DNA of 64,000 nucleotides, from NCBI GenBank assembly GCA_951406725.2, contig OX597840.1:21638001-21702000 (forward strand), read 5' to 3'. Under the pieces are notes generated by a model, which saw nothing but the letters and a program-made list of their open reading frames with translations, searched no databases and had not been told where the DNA came from. Positions 1 through 12,899 of the stretch are shown here, one piece after another. How positions within the stretch are numbered: the first letter of the stretch is position 1; each line of letters opens with the position of its first letter. This DNA comes from Octopus vulgaris (taxonomy: Eukaryota). The position numbers and the translations under genes were made by a program.

Positions 1-14
1 TCTATCAGTCTACC

Positions 15-18
<4 letters not shown>

Positions 19-72
<54 letters not shown>
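19..72. repeat. (CA)n microsatellite
   Basis: Direct reading of the sequence. Confidence 0.95.
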
Positions 73-74
<2 letters not shown>

Positions 75-339
75 GAGAGAGAGAGCAAGAGAGATCCGTC
101 TTTCTATCAATGTGGGTGGCTCTGGTGATCCATTTCTGCCACTCTGAATTTCTTTCTTCATTTCAATTTACAAGACTAAAAGATGAACACACGCACACGC
201 ACACACACATGTCTACAGAGTGCATGTGTACGTGTATACATGCACAATCCCAGTTGCCATTGATGTTGGGGGAAAGACATCCGACTCCTCAAATTTCCAG
301 CTTTTCTCAAGTCTTTGGAAATGGCTTTGCTGATATTCT

Positions 340-665
340 TTTACTCTTTTACTGGTTTCAGTCATTTGATTGCGGCCATACTGGAGCACCACATTGAAGG
401 GTTTTAGTCTGAAAGATCAACCCCAGGACTTATTTCTTAAGCCTAGTACTTTTCTGTCAGTCTCTTTTGCTGAACTGCTAAGTTATGGGGACATAAACAC
501 ACCAACACCATTTGTCAAACAGTGATGGGAGGGCAAATCCACTCACAAGGGTTTGGTTGGCCCAAGGCTATGGTAGAAGATACTTGCCAAAGGTGCCACA
601 TGGTGGGATTGAACCTGGAACTATGTGGTTGGGGAGCCAGCTTCTTACCACACAACCATACCTGC
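340..665 (-). mobile_element. tRNA-derived SINE, family A (degenerate copy)
   Basis: Reverse complement resembles the copies at 47665-48056 and 48553-48950. Confidence 0.75.
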
Positions 666-1610
666 ACGTGTCATTTGTTTAACGTCTCTGTTTCCCATGA
701 CAACTTGAGTTGGAGGGTTTGACAGGAGCCGAGAAGCCAGAGGACTGGGCCAAGCTCCAGCATCTGCTTTAGAATGGCTTCTACAGCTGGATGCCCTTCC
801 TGACACCAACCACCCCACAAGGGGTACTGGGTGCTTTTCACATGGCACCAGCATACACACACACACACACACATATATATGGATGTATTGTATGAATGTG
901 CAGGTAAAAACAAAAGAAAAAGTAATCCAATACACATTGGGGGTGTGTGTGTGGGGGGGCTAGTGGTTAGGGTGTTGCATTCACAATCGCTAGATCGTGG
1001 GTTCGATCCCTGGACGAAGCAGCATGTTGTGTTCATGAGCAAAGCACTTCATTTCTTATTGCTCCAGTCCATTCAGCTGAGGAAAGGGCAACCCTGCAAC
1101 AGACTAGCCTTCCAACCAGGAGAAATCTTGGCCTGCTTGCCTAACCAGCAGGGTGGCATTATTTGAAAGCTAAAACAAGGCAAAGCGCATTGTGACCAGC
1201 GTTGTATGACAATATCTGATAGTCCGGTTGATCACAAGCTCGTGTGATCAGTATGAACACATACATGTCTGTATGTGTGTATGCTTGATTCGAGTGGCCT
1301 ATAACTTGGGAGTTTTCTTGACATGTGGCCAAGTGCCAACCACCTGACCGTGTGTGAGAATCCCTTGACCGCCAGCAGACCATCACACCAATCCACTTCC
1401 TTTCAAAATCAGAAAATGGTCAATGCAAAACTCCTTCAAACTTTGCTTTTGTTACATTTACTCAAACCCCAAAGAATCTCTCTCCCAACACATGGCTGTG
1501 ATGCTCCCCCACTACTGCGTGGCACCTTGGGAAAATGTCATCTACTGTAACCCTTTGTGAGTGGATTTGTGAGACAGAAACTGAAAGAAGCCTGTTGTAT
1601 ATGTATAGAA

Positions 1611-1642
<32 letters not shown>

Positions 1643-2509
1643 TGTTTGTGCCCTTGTATTCACATTGATAATTGAGAATGAGCATTACCATCATACAAGC
1701 AGTGTTTTTTTGTTTCTAGTCTTCCATGAAATACATGTCTGGCCATGGGGCAATGCAATCCTGCCTGGAAACTGGTAAAAGTTGGTGATAGAAAGAGCAT
1801 CCGACTCTAGAATATCTACCTCAACAAATTGCACCTGACCCATGCGGACACAGGGAAGTAGACATTAAATGATGATGATGATGATGATGTCCATTGAAGT
1901 AGTTGATAGTTTCTGTTAATTTGGGGACTTAATTAAGAGTGGAGTCAGTTGTTCTGGAAACACAGCAACCAGAGCAGAGATAAGAATAAGGGGGCAAAAG
2001 TTCAAGGAACCCTTATCTCTGCTGGCAACAAAGGGATTCTTTCTTCAAATGAATGGCAAATTGTTTAATGTTTGTATATGAAGCATGGTGCTGCACGGTG
2101 AAAGGTGGGCATGGCTGGAGGGAAGGCTGTAAAATATATGAGGTTAGAAATGTTCTGCTTCATGGCTGATATTAATACACACAAACGATAAAGCATAAAT
2201 GAGCTGAAAGGAAATCAGGGCATGAGAGCAATCAGATTTAGTGTGCAGCGGATGTAGACTGCACTGGTCGTCATCATCATCATCGTCATCGTTGTAGTCA
2301 TTTTAGCATCTATTTTTCCATGCTTGCATGGGTCGGACAGAATTTTGTTGAGGTGAATTTTCAACAGTTGGATGCACTTCCTGTCACCAACCCTCACCTG
2401 ATTCCAAATAAAGTAATATTCCTCCACAACCAGGTGTGTTTCCATAGAAAGGCAGAAACAAAGGTACCCGTGCCGGTGGCATGTAAAAAGCACCCACTAT
2501 ATGCAAAGG

Positions 2510-2890
2510 CACAGGTGTAGCTGTGTGGCAAGAAGTTTGCTTCCCAACTGCATGATCCTGGGTTCAATCCCACTGCACTGCATCTTGGGCAAGTGTCTTC
2601 TGCTATATCTCTGGGTCCATCAAAGCCTTGTGAATCAATCTGGTAGGTGGAAACTGAAACAAGCCCATCATATATGTGTGTGTGTTTGGGTATGTCTCTA
2701 ACACTGCTTGACAACCAGTGTTGGTGTGTTCATGTCCCTGTAACTTAGCAGTTCAGCAAAAGAGACTGCTAGAAAATGTACCAAGCTTTATGAAATACAA
2801 AATATGCTGGGGCCGGTCGATTTGTTCAACTAAAATTCTTCAAAGTAGTGCCCCAGTATGGCCACGATCTAATGACTGAAACAACTGAAA
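2510..2890 (+). mobile_element. tRNA-derived SINE, family A
   Basis: GCTGTGTGG...GGTTCAATCCCACTG head (A/B-box-like), ...GTGCCCCAGTATGGCC...TGACTGAAAC tail. Confidence 0.75.
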
Positions 2891-3762
2891 GATAGTAAGG
2901 GTGTGATTGCAGAGAAAATTGGCTGCTACTTCTAGCAGAATGAGCAGCCATGTAGAGGTCCCTACATTGGTGTATATCTTGCATGTTCTTAGAGAGGAGG
3001 CTCCATAGGATTTCAAACCCTTTCACTACCAACGACAACCTGCCACGTACATCTTGCCACCTCCCACCATCCCCATGTCTACAAGCTCACCACCACCACC
3101 ACCGCCATCACCACCGCCACCACCACCACCATTTGCCATCTTGCCTTTACCATTCCTGCTGATTTATCATCACCAACTTCCTCTGCCACATCATCACCAC
3201 CACCACCACCACTACTACATACCATCTTACTTTCACCATCCTTACAAACTTGCAAGATTTTATGTGGTCGCTCAATGTGCTAAAAATACCAGCCAAATCT
3301 TTCTAAAGTGGCACCTCTAGATACTGTGCATGTCGTAAAAAATGGGATGGTCACACCTGGAATGCTTTTGATCCTCAGTCTACTCAATCATGGCTTCATC
3401 ATCATCGTCAGGCTGAGCTTGCTCGGACATTTCTAACGTGCACAGACCATCCATCTTGGTCCTGCATTAGTTGAGGGGGTCTTTGGGAAGGCATCCACTG
3501 TCTCTGATGAGTCGATCCACATATGTTGTATCCGGACGACCAGCATGATTACGGCCATGCTTTGGCATTCATAGCAGTTGGTCACTTGCCAGCTCTTGTT
3601 TAGCTCCCCAGCAATATCCCACAAGATGCAAGCACCTTTCCCTTATAATGTTGCAAACATACAGATCTCTACACAACTGTTTCTTGATGGGATGGGTTCT
3701 CCCAAGATATGGGGCTAACCATTTATTTAAATATCAACTTTTCTGTTTAAGAAGCTTAGCTT

Positions 3763-4010
3763 CATCATCATCATCATCGTTTAACGTCCGTTCTCCATGC
3801 TAGCATGGGTTGGACGGTTCAACCAGGGATCTGGGAAGCCAGAAGGCTGCACCAGGCTCCAGTCTTGATCTGGCAGTGTTTCCACAGCTGGATGCCCTTC
3901 CTAACGCCAACTACTCCATGAGTGTAGTGGGTGCTTTTTACGTGCCACCAGCACGGAAGCCAGTCAAGGCGGATGGTGCTTTTTATGTGCCACCAGCCCA
4001 GGGATCACAA
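3763..4010 (-). mobile_element. Retroposon family C (RTE-type 3' end with (GAT)n tail)
   Basis: (CAT)n-CGTTTAACGTCCG...CAGCTGGATGCCCTTCCTAACGCCAAC, a multicopy sequence in this window. Confidence 0.7.
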
Positions 4011-4724
4011 CTAGTTTCCATTGATTTTTGATGTTAAAATTAACTCATTAAGCTAATGTTTGGAATATAAATTAACATTTAAAAGATTTTAATTTAGATC
4101 ACAGAAAATTTATATAGAAGCTACCTCAGGTAAGTTGGTGCCAAAAAGAGTTATACATTAACAATAAACTTTTAAAATATCTAGTAAGTTACTCTAACAA
4201 AGCTCATCATTCCTAATACAGTTAAAACTGGGTTATATTAAATTAAGAAAAGACAGCCGTAATATCATAACAATAAATGCTTTATAACAATGGAAATAGG
4301 CAGGAGATCTCCTTACAGCTGTTTCTTGGTCAGTTGAGTTCTCCAACATACATTCTTGAGACTGCTCTTAACTTTTAGGAGTAAGTTCCATCTAACTTGG
4401 ACTCCAGTTTTTTGGTAAGTGTCCAGCCTGCTGCTCCCTATAAAGGGCCAGCAATTTTAGCAGGTGCAGGTAGTTGATTGCATTGTATCTGAATCAAAGT
4501 TGTGATGGTCATGAGTGGAATGTCTCTGATCAGAGCTGACCTGGAGCTAAGCAACATCTACACTATCACCCCAATCATATTGCTATCATCACCACCATCG
4601 ATGTTACCACCACCAGCATCTCCATCACCACCACACTATTACTCATTTTCACCCGATCTCTTCACATCGCAGCCATCATCACCATTCTTCTATCACCTGC
4701 CTACCTCTGCCACCACCATCAATA

Positions 4725-5195
4725 TGTCTGTCTCTTTCTCTCTCTCTCTCTTCATCTCTGTCAGCCTCTCTCCATCTTTCACTGTCTGTCTGTCTCTATT
4801 TTTCTCTCCAGCTCTCCCTCTCCTCTCTCTCTCTGTTTTGTCTATCTCTCCATCTGTCTCTCTCTCCAGCTCTTTTCTCCTCTCTCTCTTTCTCCCTCTC
4901 TCCCCATCTTTCTCTCCTTCTCCTTTCTCTCTGTTCTTGTCTGTCACTCTCTCTCTCTCTCCAACTCTTTTCTCTTATCTCTTTCTCTCTTCCCATGACT
5001 CCTCTCTCATTGTCTCTGTCTCTCTCCATTTCTTCCTCTTCTCTCTTTATATCTCTCCATTTCTCTATTTCCCTCTCTCCATTTTTCTCTCTCTCTCTCC
5101 AGCTCTCCTCCCCTCACTTTTTCCCAAGTCTCTCTCTCCTCTCTTACCTCTCATTTTCTTTCTGTCTCTCTCCACTCTCTCTCCTCTCTCTCCTA
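4725..5195. repeat. CT-rich low-complexity tract
   Basis: Degenerate (CT)n. Confidence 0.9.
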
Positions 5196-5574
5196 CAGTG
5201 ACCGTTTTTGTTTATCTCCATGGAATTCACCAGAACCATCCACGGAATTCTTGGTCTGAATTTTTTTTTTTCCATTTCCTGCCTTTTTTTCCTTCTCTTC
5301 TCCATTCTTTCATTCCGATTCCCATTGACAATTATTTCAAATAATTTACATTGCCAATGGCTTACAGAAAAGCATGAACACCACAACATCGCACAGTTTC
5401 ATTTACTCTGTCTCTCTTCCATAAATCTGGCCAAACCCCCCAACCCCTGTTTGTCTCTTGTCCCTTCCCCACTCGGCCACTGCCACATCTTTCTCCACCA
5501 AACCACCCTCACCGGAATAAATGGTGGCAGGTTGGAGAGAAATACTGAACAACAAAGATAGTTGTTTGATGAGG

Positions 5575-5975
5575 ATGGTGGTGGTAGCGGTGGTGGCAGT
5601 GGTGCTGAGGGAAGTGGCTGGCTGTGGTGATGAGGGTGATGGCAGTGGTGGTGGTGGTGGTGGTGGTTGTGGTGATGATGAGGATGGTGATGGTGGTGGT
5701 GCTGGTGCTGGTTGTGGTGATGATGATGAGGGCAGTGGTGGTGCTGGTGGCGGCAGTGATGATGGTGGTGGTAGTGGTGGTGGTGGTGGTGATGATGATG
5801 AGGGTGATGGTGGCGGTGGTGATAGTGGAGGTAGAAGTGGCATTGGTGGTGCTGGTGCTGGTTGTAGTGATGATGATGAGGGTGGTGGTGGTGGCAGCAG
5901 TGATGATGGTGGTGGTGGGGATGATGAGGGTGATGGTAGTGGTAATGGTGGTGGTGGTGGTGGTGGTGATGATGA
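5575..5975. repeat. (GGT/GAT)n trinucleotide tract with internal higher-order duplications
   Basis: Source of the poly-Gly, poly-His and poly-Pro spurious ORFs. Confidence 0.9.
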
Positions 5976-8299
5976 TTACCTGTTAAGTCAGTCAGCACTG
6001 TTTCCCCTCCTTGGGTTGATGTTGTTTTCTTACTTCTATTTAACAATTTTACAGAGTATTTTTTTTTAGCAACCTGTTTAAATCAATTAAATTTGTATGA
6101 TGATGATGATGATGATGATGACAAAAGTGAAATGAAAACCAATGACATCTAATTAGCTTTATTGTCTTTTATCTTCTCAAACTCACTGCTTCCCTCTCTC
6201 TCTCCTTCTTTCTCTCTCTACTACATATTCTATTGGACTCTTTTTCTGAACCACTAAGTTATTGGGATGTAAACACACCAACACTGGTTGTCAAGTGGTG
6301 TTGGAGGACAAACAAACACACACACACACGATGGGCTTCTTTCAGTTTCCGTCTACCAAGTCCATTCACAAGGCTTTGGTCGGCCCGAGGCTATAGTAGA
6401 AGACACTTGCCCAAGGTGCCACGCAGTGGGACTGAACCCAGAACCATTTGGTTTGGAAGCAAACTTCTTACCACACAGCCATGAAGTCCTTTCTTAGTAA
6501 ATTTTAAATTATTTCTCTGTTGATGAGTGTCGTCTATCATAGCACCAGATCAACCAAAGCCTTGGGAATGGATTTGGTTGAAGGAAACTGAAAGAAGCCC
6601 GTCGTGTGTGTATGTCTTTGTGTTTGTCCCCTTTAGTGTTCAAATTATTCATTCACATTGTTTGGAATTAAGGATGGATTATCTCGTGGCTTCAAGATTT
6701 CAATAATGTGATTATTCACTTTCAGAGTGACATTGTCGGGTATGTGTGAAAAGCTAGATCTGGTTAGTTTGAACAAAAATACAGAACATCTTGCTGGATA
6801 TGGCCAGTTTAAATGCTAAAGGGTTAAAGTATTGGGGGTTGATTTGTTCCAGTAACCACATCAAGCCATTGCTCCAGCATGGGAGCAGTTTAAAGACTGA
6901 AACTAATAAATGATCTGCTACTACCCCCAAATCAATAAAATGCACAGCCGTCATTGATTCAGGGCTGTGCCAAAGTACTGTGAGTGATCTAAACAACCAG
7001 TAGGTCACATCAGCAATTAGGCCTTATATAGATTTATTTGTTTTTCACCAGATTTTGGTGCGTTTTTAATCCACTTTCAATATTTTATCTGGTAACATCT
7101 GGTGCTGACATTTGGAGCTGCCTGAGAAATTGGAGACCTCACTAACTTTTCCCAATATTTTATTACAAAATAAAGTGCTGAGCTGGCAGAGTTGTTACCA
7201 TGCCAGACAAAATGCTTAGCAGCATTTCATCTGTTTTTTACGTTCAGAGTTCAAATTCCACCAAGGTCGCCTTTCGTCCTTTCGGGGTCAATAAGATAAG
7301 AACCAGTTGAGTATTTGGATCGATGTAATCGATTTACTTTCTCCCACAAACTTGCTGGCCTTGTGCCAAAATTAGAAACCAATATTTTATTAGAACAGGT
7401 ACAAAGATACATGCAGACACACACACATACGCACGTAATGTAGGGGGTTGTTTTGCATCTCCTGTTGCAGTGGTTTTTAACAGGGGTCCTATATCGGGTT
7501 TGAGGATCCATATCAGATTCTGTTGTTAAGGTTTTTGTCCAATATGTTTGTTATTCTTCTGCAATACACAAAATATTTTAATAATTTTTTAAAACAATTT
7601 CTAATGATATTCAATGGATCTTTTTAAACATTGAATGGCTATAAGGGTTCCATCCAGTTAAAACAGGAACTAAAGGGGTCCATTGGTAAATATTGTTGAG
7701 GCACACTGTTTTATAACAAGACACCTGGGCTTGTCCCTCTCTCTCTACCCCTGGCACAGAGCCATCACCCTTCCCCCCTCCCCTTTTAGTTGTGGTGTCT
7801 TCTTTTCTTTCTCCCCCCCCCCTCCTTGTCCTTCTTCCTGTTCTTTACTTGCAAGTTACTTGGTGACCTTCTTTGACATGAAAATGGCATTTTGGTCCAC
7901 ATGGTAAAGTGGTTGGTGTTAGGAGGGGCATCCAGCTGTAGAAACCCTGCCAAAGCTAACATTGGACCTTGATGCAGCTCAGTGGCTCACTAGACCCTGG
8001 TGAAGGGGAGTGGCTTAGTGGTTAGGGGATTCAGCTCACAATCATAAGGTCTTGAGTTCAGTACCCAGTGGTGCATTGTGCCCTTGAGCAATTGCTCCAA
8101 TCCACTCAGCTGGCAAAACTGAGAGAGCAGTACCTGTAATACAAAGGGGGCCAGCCTTGTCACACTCTGTGTCACTGAATCTCCCTGAGAACTACATTTA
8201 AGGATATGCCTGTCTGTGGAGTGCTCAGCCATTTGTACATTAAATTCACGAGCAGGCTGTTCCATTAATTGAACTAACTGGAAAATTTGTCGTCATGTA

Positions 8300-8680
8300 G
8301 AAGCACTCCGTCGGTTACGACGACGAGGGTTCCAGTTGATCCAATCAACGGAACAGCCTGCTTGTGAACTCAACATGCAAGTGGCTGAGCACTCCACAGA
8401 CACGTGTACCCTTAACGTAGTTCTCGGGGATATTCAGCGTGACACAGAGAGTGACAAGGCCGGCCCTTTGAAATACAGGTACAACAGAAACAGGAAGTAA
8501 GAGTGAGAGAAAATTGTGGTGAAAGAGTACAGCAGGGATCACCACCATCCCCTGCCGGAGCCTCGTGGAGCTTTAGGTTTTTTCGCTCAATAAACACTCA
8601 CAACGCTCGGTCTGGGAACTGAAACCGCGATCCTACGATCACGAGTCCGCTGCCCTAACCACTGGGCCATTGCGCCTCCA
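8300..8680 (-). mobile_element. tRNA-derived SINE, family B (well-preserved copy)
   Basis: Reverse complement starts GGAGGCGCAATGGCCCAGTGGTTAGGGCAGCGGACTCG, a tRNA-like head. Related copies at 23093-23370 and 28135-28440. Confidence 0.75.
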
Positions 8681-9221
8681 CATTTGTCGTCATAACCAAC
8701 AGAGTGCCAGTTTTTTTGTTTATTTTCTTTAGACCCTCTCAAACTGTCCAACCCATGCCAACATGGAACATGGGCGTAAAACGACGACGACAACTATGCT
8801 GAAATGGTGTGATTTGAAAAGTTTTGGTTCCTTTTTTCTAGCAGGCTGAATAATGTGATGGTGGCACAGGTGCCTTTTACATGATGCTGGCATGGGTGGA
8901 GTTTATATAGTGCCAGCACAGGTGAACTTAGTGCCAGCACAGGTGAACTTAGTGCCAGAACAGGTGCTTTTTAGGTGGTGTCAGCATGAAATGAGATTCT
9001 TTAACTTTTAAATTAAACACCCTGTTCATAAATAAATCCACTCTTAAATGTTGTACACCTGTATATTATGCAATCGCTTGTGCATGCTGCAATTAACTGC
9101 ACAGTTTTGGTTTTTTGTTTTGTTGCAAATTACTGCACAATATCACCCCCCACCCCCCTCGTTTATTCCATTCACTAACCATTCTTATATTCTCTCTGTT
9201 TCTGTTCTGCTTCGTTTACAG

Positions 9222-12200
9222 CCATCACAGCAGGTGTCCTACACAGGTATGTTGATTACATTGTTGCTTGATATTTTATTTATTAATTTTTTTCTTTTAC
9301 AATTTCCTCATTTGTTATCCATCTTGTTGTTGTTGTTGTTGTTTAACCCCAAGTCAACCTCGATTGGGTAGATTTATGATATTTAACACAAGGTGATCAC
9401 AGTATTCCAGCTGTGATCATTTTTGCTAAATCTTGTTTATGTTGTGTAGCTAAGACCACCTTGACCAGTCTGTTCTTTGTTTCTTAAGATGGCAGGGTGT
9501 GATTTGAGGGAGATTTGGTTACTATTTCTAGCAAGTCGTGTGACCATGTAGGGTCTCCCTCATATTTGTTATATAACCCTAGTCCTCTCAGCTTCGCCAC
9601 ATCTGTGGTCTAAAAAAAGCCAGTTGGATTAATTCTTTCAATCGTTGGCCTTGCAGCCTGACTTTGTCCTGTGAAAGTATTGAACGTCCAACATTGTCAT
9701 TATGATTGATTAAACCTGGAGTATTGATCTTCTATATTGGGTAACTGTCGTGACCCATCAGATCTATATTGCTGTCCGATCAACATATGTTTCAAGCTTT
9801 TACTAGTGTCAACGTGACAACGACAACGTCTGACCTGCTCCCCCACCCCTCCCATCTATGGATCAGCTCTGATACAACAAAGCTATGATCAAAAAGCATT
9901 CCATCATTTTAGATTAGATTTGGGTCATAATTCCAAAATGGCGCCATCCTCAGTGCTATAATCCTGTAAGATCTGAATCCCTAAAGTTTGTAACCCTGAC
10001 AACTAAAATCCCCAAAAATCAAAATCCTCCAAAATTTAATCCAGAAAAAATTACAAGTAAAGTTCTTGAAGGTTCAGGCATAAATGTGTGGTTAAGAAGC
10101 TCACTTTGCAACCACCTGGTTTCAGGTTCAATTCCTTGGCTGCACTTTGGGTAAGTGTCTTCTTGTACTCTAGCCCTGGGTCAACAAATACCTTGTGAAA
10201 GAATTTGGTAGATGGAAGCTGCGTGGAAGGAAGCCTGTCATGTATCATTGTGTGTGTGTGTGTGTGTGTGTTCCCCTAACTGCTTGACAACTGGTGTTGG
10301 TTTGTTTACATCCCCGTGACTGATCGTTTGGCAAAAGATACCCCCAGAATAAGTACCAGGTTTTAAAAGAAATAAATACTGGGATCTTCTACTTCTCCAA
10401 AACCTTATTTCTGTTTGCTGCTTTCTTTGACATTTGCAAGAAATTAGCTAAGGTCAGAACATGAAGACGGGTTCCTCCAGAACTGAAATACCCCAGACAC
10501 CTGCACAGGTGCTTTATTACATGGCACCGGCACAAGGTACTTTATTACATAGTGCCACCATGGGTGCTTTGTATGTGACACCAGCATTGGTGCCATCAAT
10601 GGGATGCTGGCACAAGTGCTTTTTACGTGACACTGATGTGGCTGCTTTTCACATGTGGCACCAGTAGAGATGCTCCTTACATGGCACTGGCACAGGGTGC
10701 TTTTCATGTGGCACCAGCATGAGTGCTTTTTGGAGAATGATTGTGAGCGTGACTGTGTGGTTAAGATGTTTGTTTCCCAATTGCATGGTTCTGGGTTCAG
10801 TCCCCCACCCAGACACACACACACACATGTGGTGATAAAATTTATGTCCTATAAATTGCTTATACTTCTACGATAGACAAAATATTTTAATTAGTTTTTA
10901 TATAATTCCTAATAATATTTAATTATTAAAATACTGTAAGATTTTTGTTTTTTTCTAATATACAACGAATGTCTATGAAGGCCTTGTAGAGTAAACCAGG
11001 AATCAAAAGGTCCATAGACAAATAATGGTTGAGGACCACCACTGCACTATCAGCTTAAATGGGTCAACCATTCAATTAACCCTTTAGCATTTAAACTGGC
11101 TTTACCCAGCCTGTGTGGCTTAGTGGTTAGTGCATTCGGCTCACAATTGTAAGGTCATGAGTTCGATTCCTGGTGACTCGTTGAGTCCTTGAGCAAGACA
11201 CTTTATTTCACTTTATTACTCCAGTCCACTCAGCTGGCAAAAATGAGTTGTACCAGTAATTCAGAGGGGCCAGCCTTGTCACATTTTGTATCATGCTGAA
11301 TCTCCCTGAGAACTACATTAAGGGTATATGTGTCTGTGGAGTACTCAGCCACTTGCACATAGATTTCTCAAGCAGGCTGTTCTGTTGATAGGACCAACAG
11401 AAAAATGTGGATTTGATTCCGAATCCTGGTTTAGAATTTTAGTAGCTCTTCATCACATTCCTAAAACTACCTGACATGTCCTTTTCAGTATTAAAGATTG
11501 TAATGTGTGATATGAGGGAGATACTCTCTTTTACTCTTTTACTTGTTTCAGTCATTTGACTGCAGCCATGCTGGAGCACCACCTTTAGTCGAGCAAATCG
11601 ACCCCGGGACTTATTCTCTGTAAGCCCAGTACTTGTTCTATCGGTCTCTTTTGCCGAACCACTAAGTGACGGGGACATAAACACACCAGCATCGGTTGTC
11701 AAGCGATGTTGGGGGGACAAACACAGACACACAAACATATACGCACATACACATATATATATATACATATGTACATACATATATACGACAGGCTTCTTTC
11801 AGTTTCCGTCTACCAAATCCACTCACAAGGCATTGTTCGGCCCAGGGCTATAGCAGAAGACACTTGCCCAAGATGCCATGCAGTGGGACTGAACCCTGAA
11901 CCATGTGGTTGGTTAGCAAGCTACTTACCACACAGCCACTCCTGCGCCTAATAGATGTGACTGTCATTTCTATGAATTATAGTAACTCTCTAAAGGCTCC
12001 CTTCTTGACTCATCTATATCGAAGATAGGCAAAGCAGATCTGATAGGATTTAGGTGACAATTCCGAAGTAATGTTTTGTTGTGTAGCAGGAGATTTTTGT
12101 GTTAGTTAGGGTATGTTGTGACATGTCACGAGGATGTCAGAGGTTGTTGTCATGGGAAACTCAGATGGCATGTTTTTGTAAGAGTGTAGCCGTGTTGTAT

Positions 12201-12830
12201 ACAAGCCACTGTCCAATCTGCCATTGTGTGGCATCAAAGTGGTTGTGTTTGTATTGGTGGTTTTCAAGGCATGTTTTGTGGTTTATAGTGTAACATGGTT
12301 GGTTGTAAGACATTGCTGTAACAATGAAATATGAAATTATTTTAGAAAGAGGAGAAGAGGGTAATTCCAGTCTCCAATTCCTCTTACCAGTAAAATCAAA
12401 ATCTTTTCTTTTAACGAAACTTCTGTTTTTCTTTTCCTTTTTTTATCTTGCAGAAACCATGTGTCAAAGATGTTTGAAAATGACAAGCATTTCTCTCACC
12501 TTTCTACTTTGGAAAGAGAACTTTCATTCCGTACAGAAATGGTAAGGACATCTTCTTCTTACTCTTTCTCTCTCTCTCTCTCTCCATCTCTCTGCTATTC
12601 AGTTGATCTCAAAAGCTGGCCTTCCATACCTTTTATTAGCTTGTAAAATGTACAACAGTCCCCACTATGCAATTTATAACATAAAGACTAGTGCAGACAT
12701 GTAAAATAATTTATTATACACTGAAAGAAATTATTTTTCCATAATTTTGGCTGTGAAACAACCATCATCCCATGGATATCAACTGGTTAAATAAATATAT
12801 TCATCTCATACCTCCTGATTTTCTTTATAT

Positions 12831-12899
<69 letters not shown>

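Noticed and set aside
3504-3540. CTGATGAG followed by a stem as a hammerhead ribozyme (also at about 33023)
   Set aside because: No GAAA core segment follows stem II
4502-6069. Long ORFs (280, 215 and 182 aa) rich in Ser/Leu, His, Gly and Pro
   Set aside because: They are translations of CT and GGT/GAT microsatellites that happen to lack stop codons
10490-10730. Recurring GTGCTTTT...TGGCAC motifs with variable spacers, superficially CRISPR-like (also at about 8860-8985 and 38230-38350)
   Set aside because: Internal tandem repeats of retroposon family C in a eukaryotic genome; no unique spacers or cas genes
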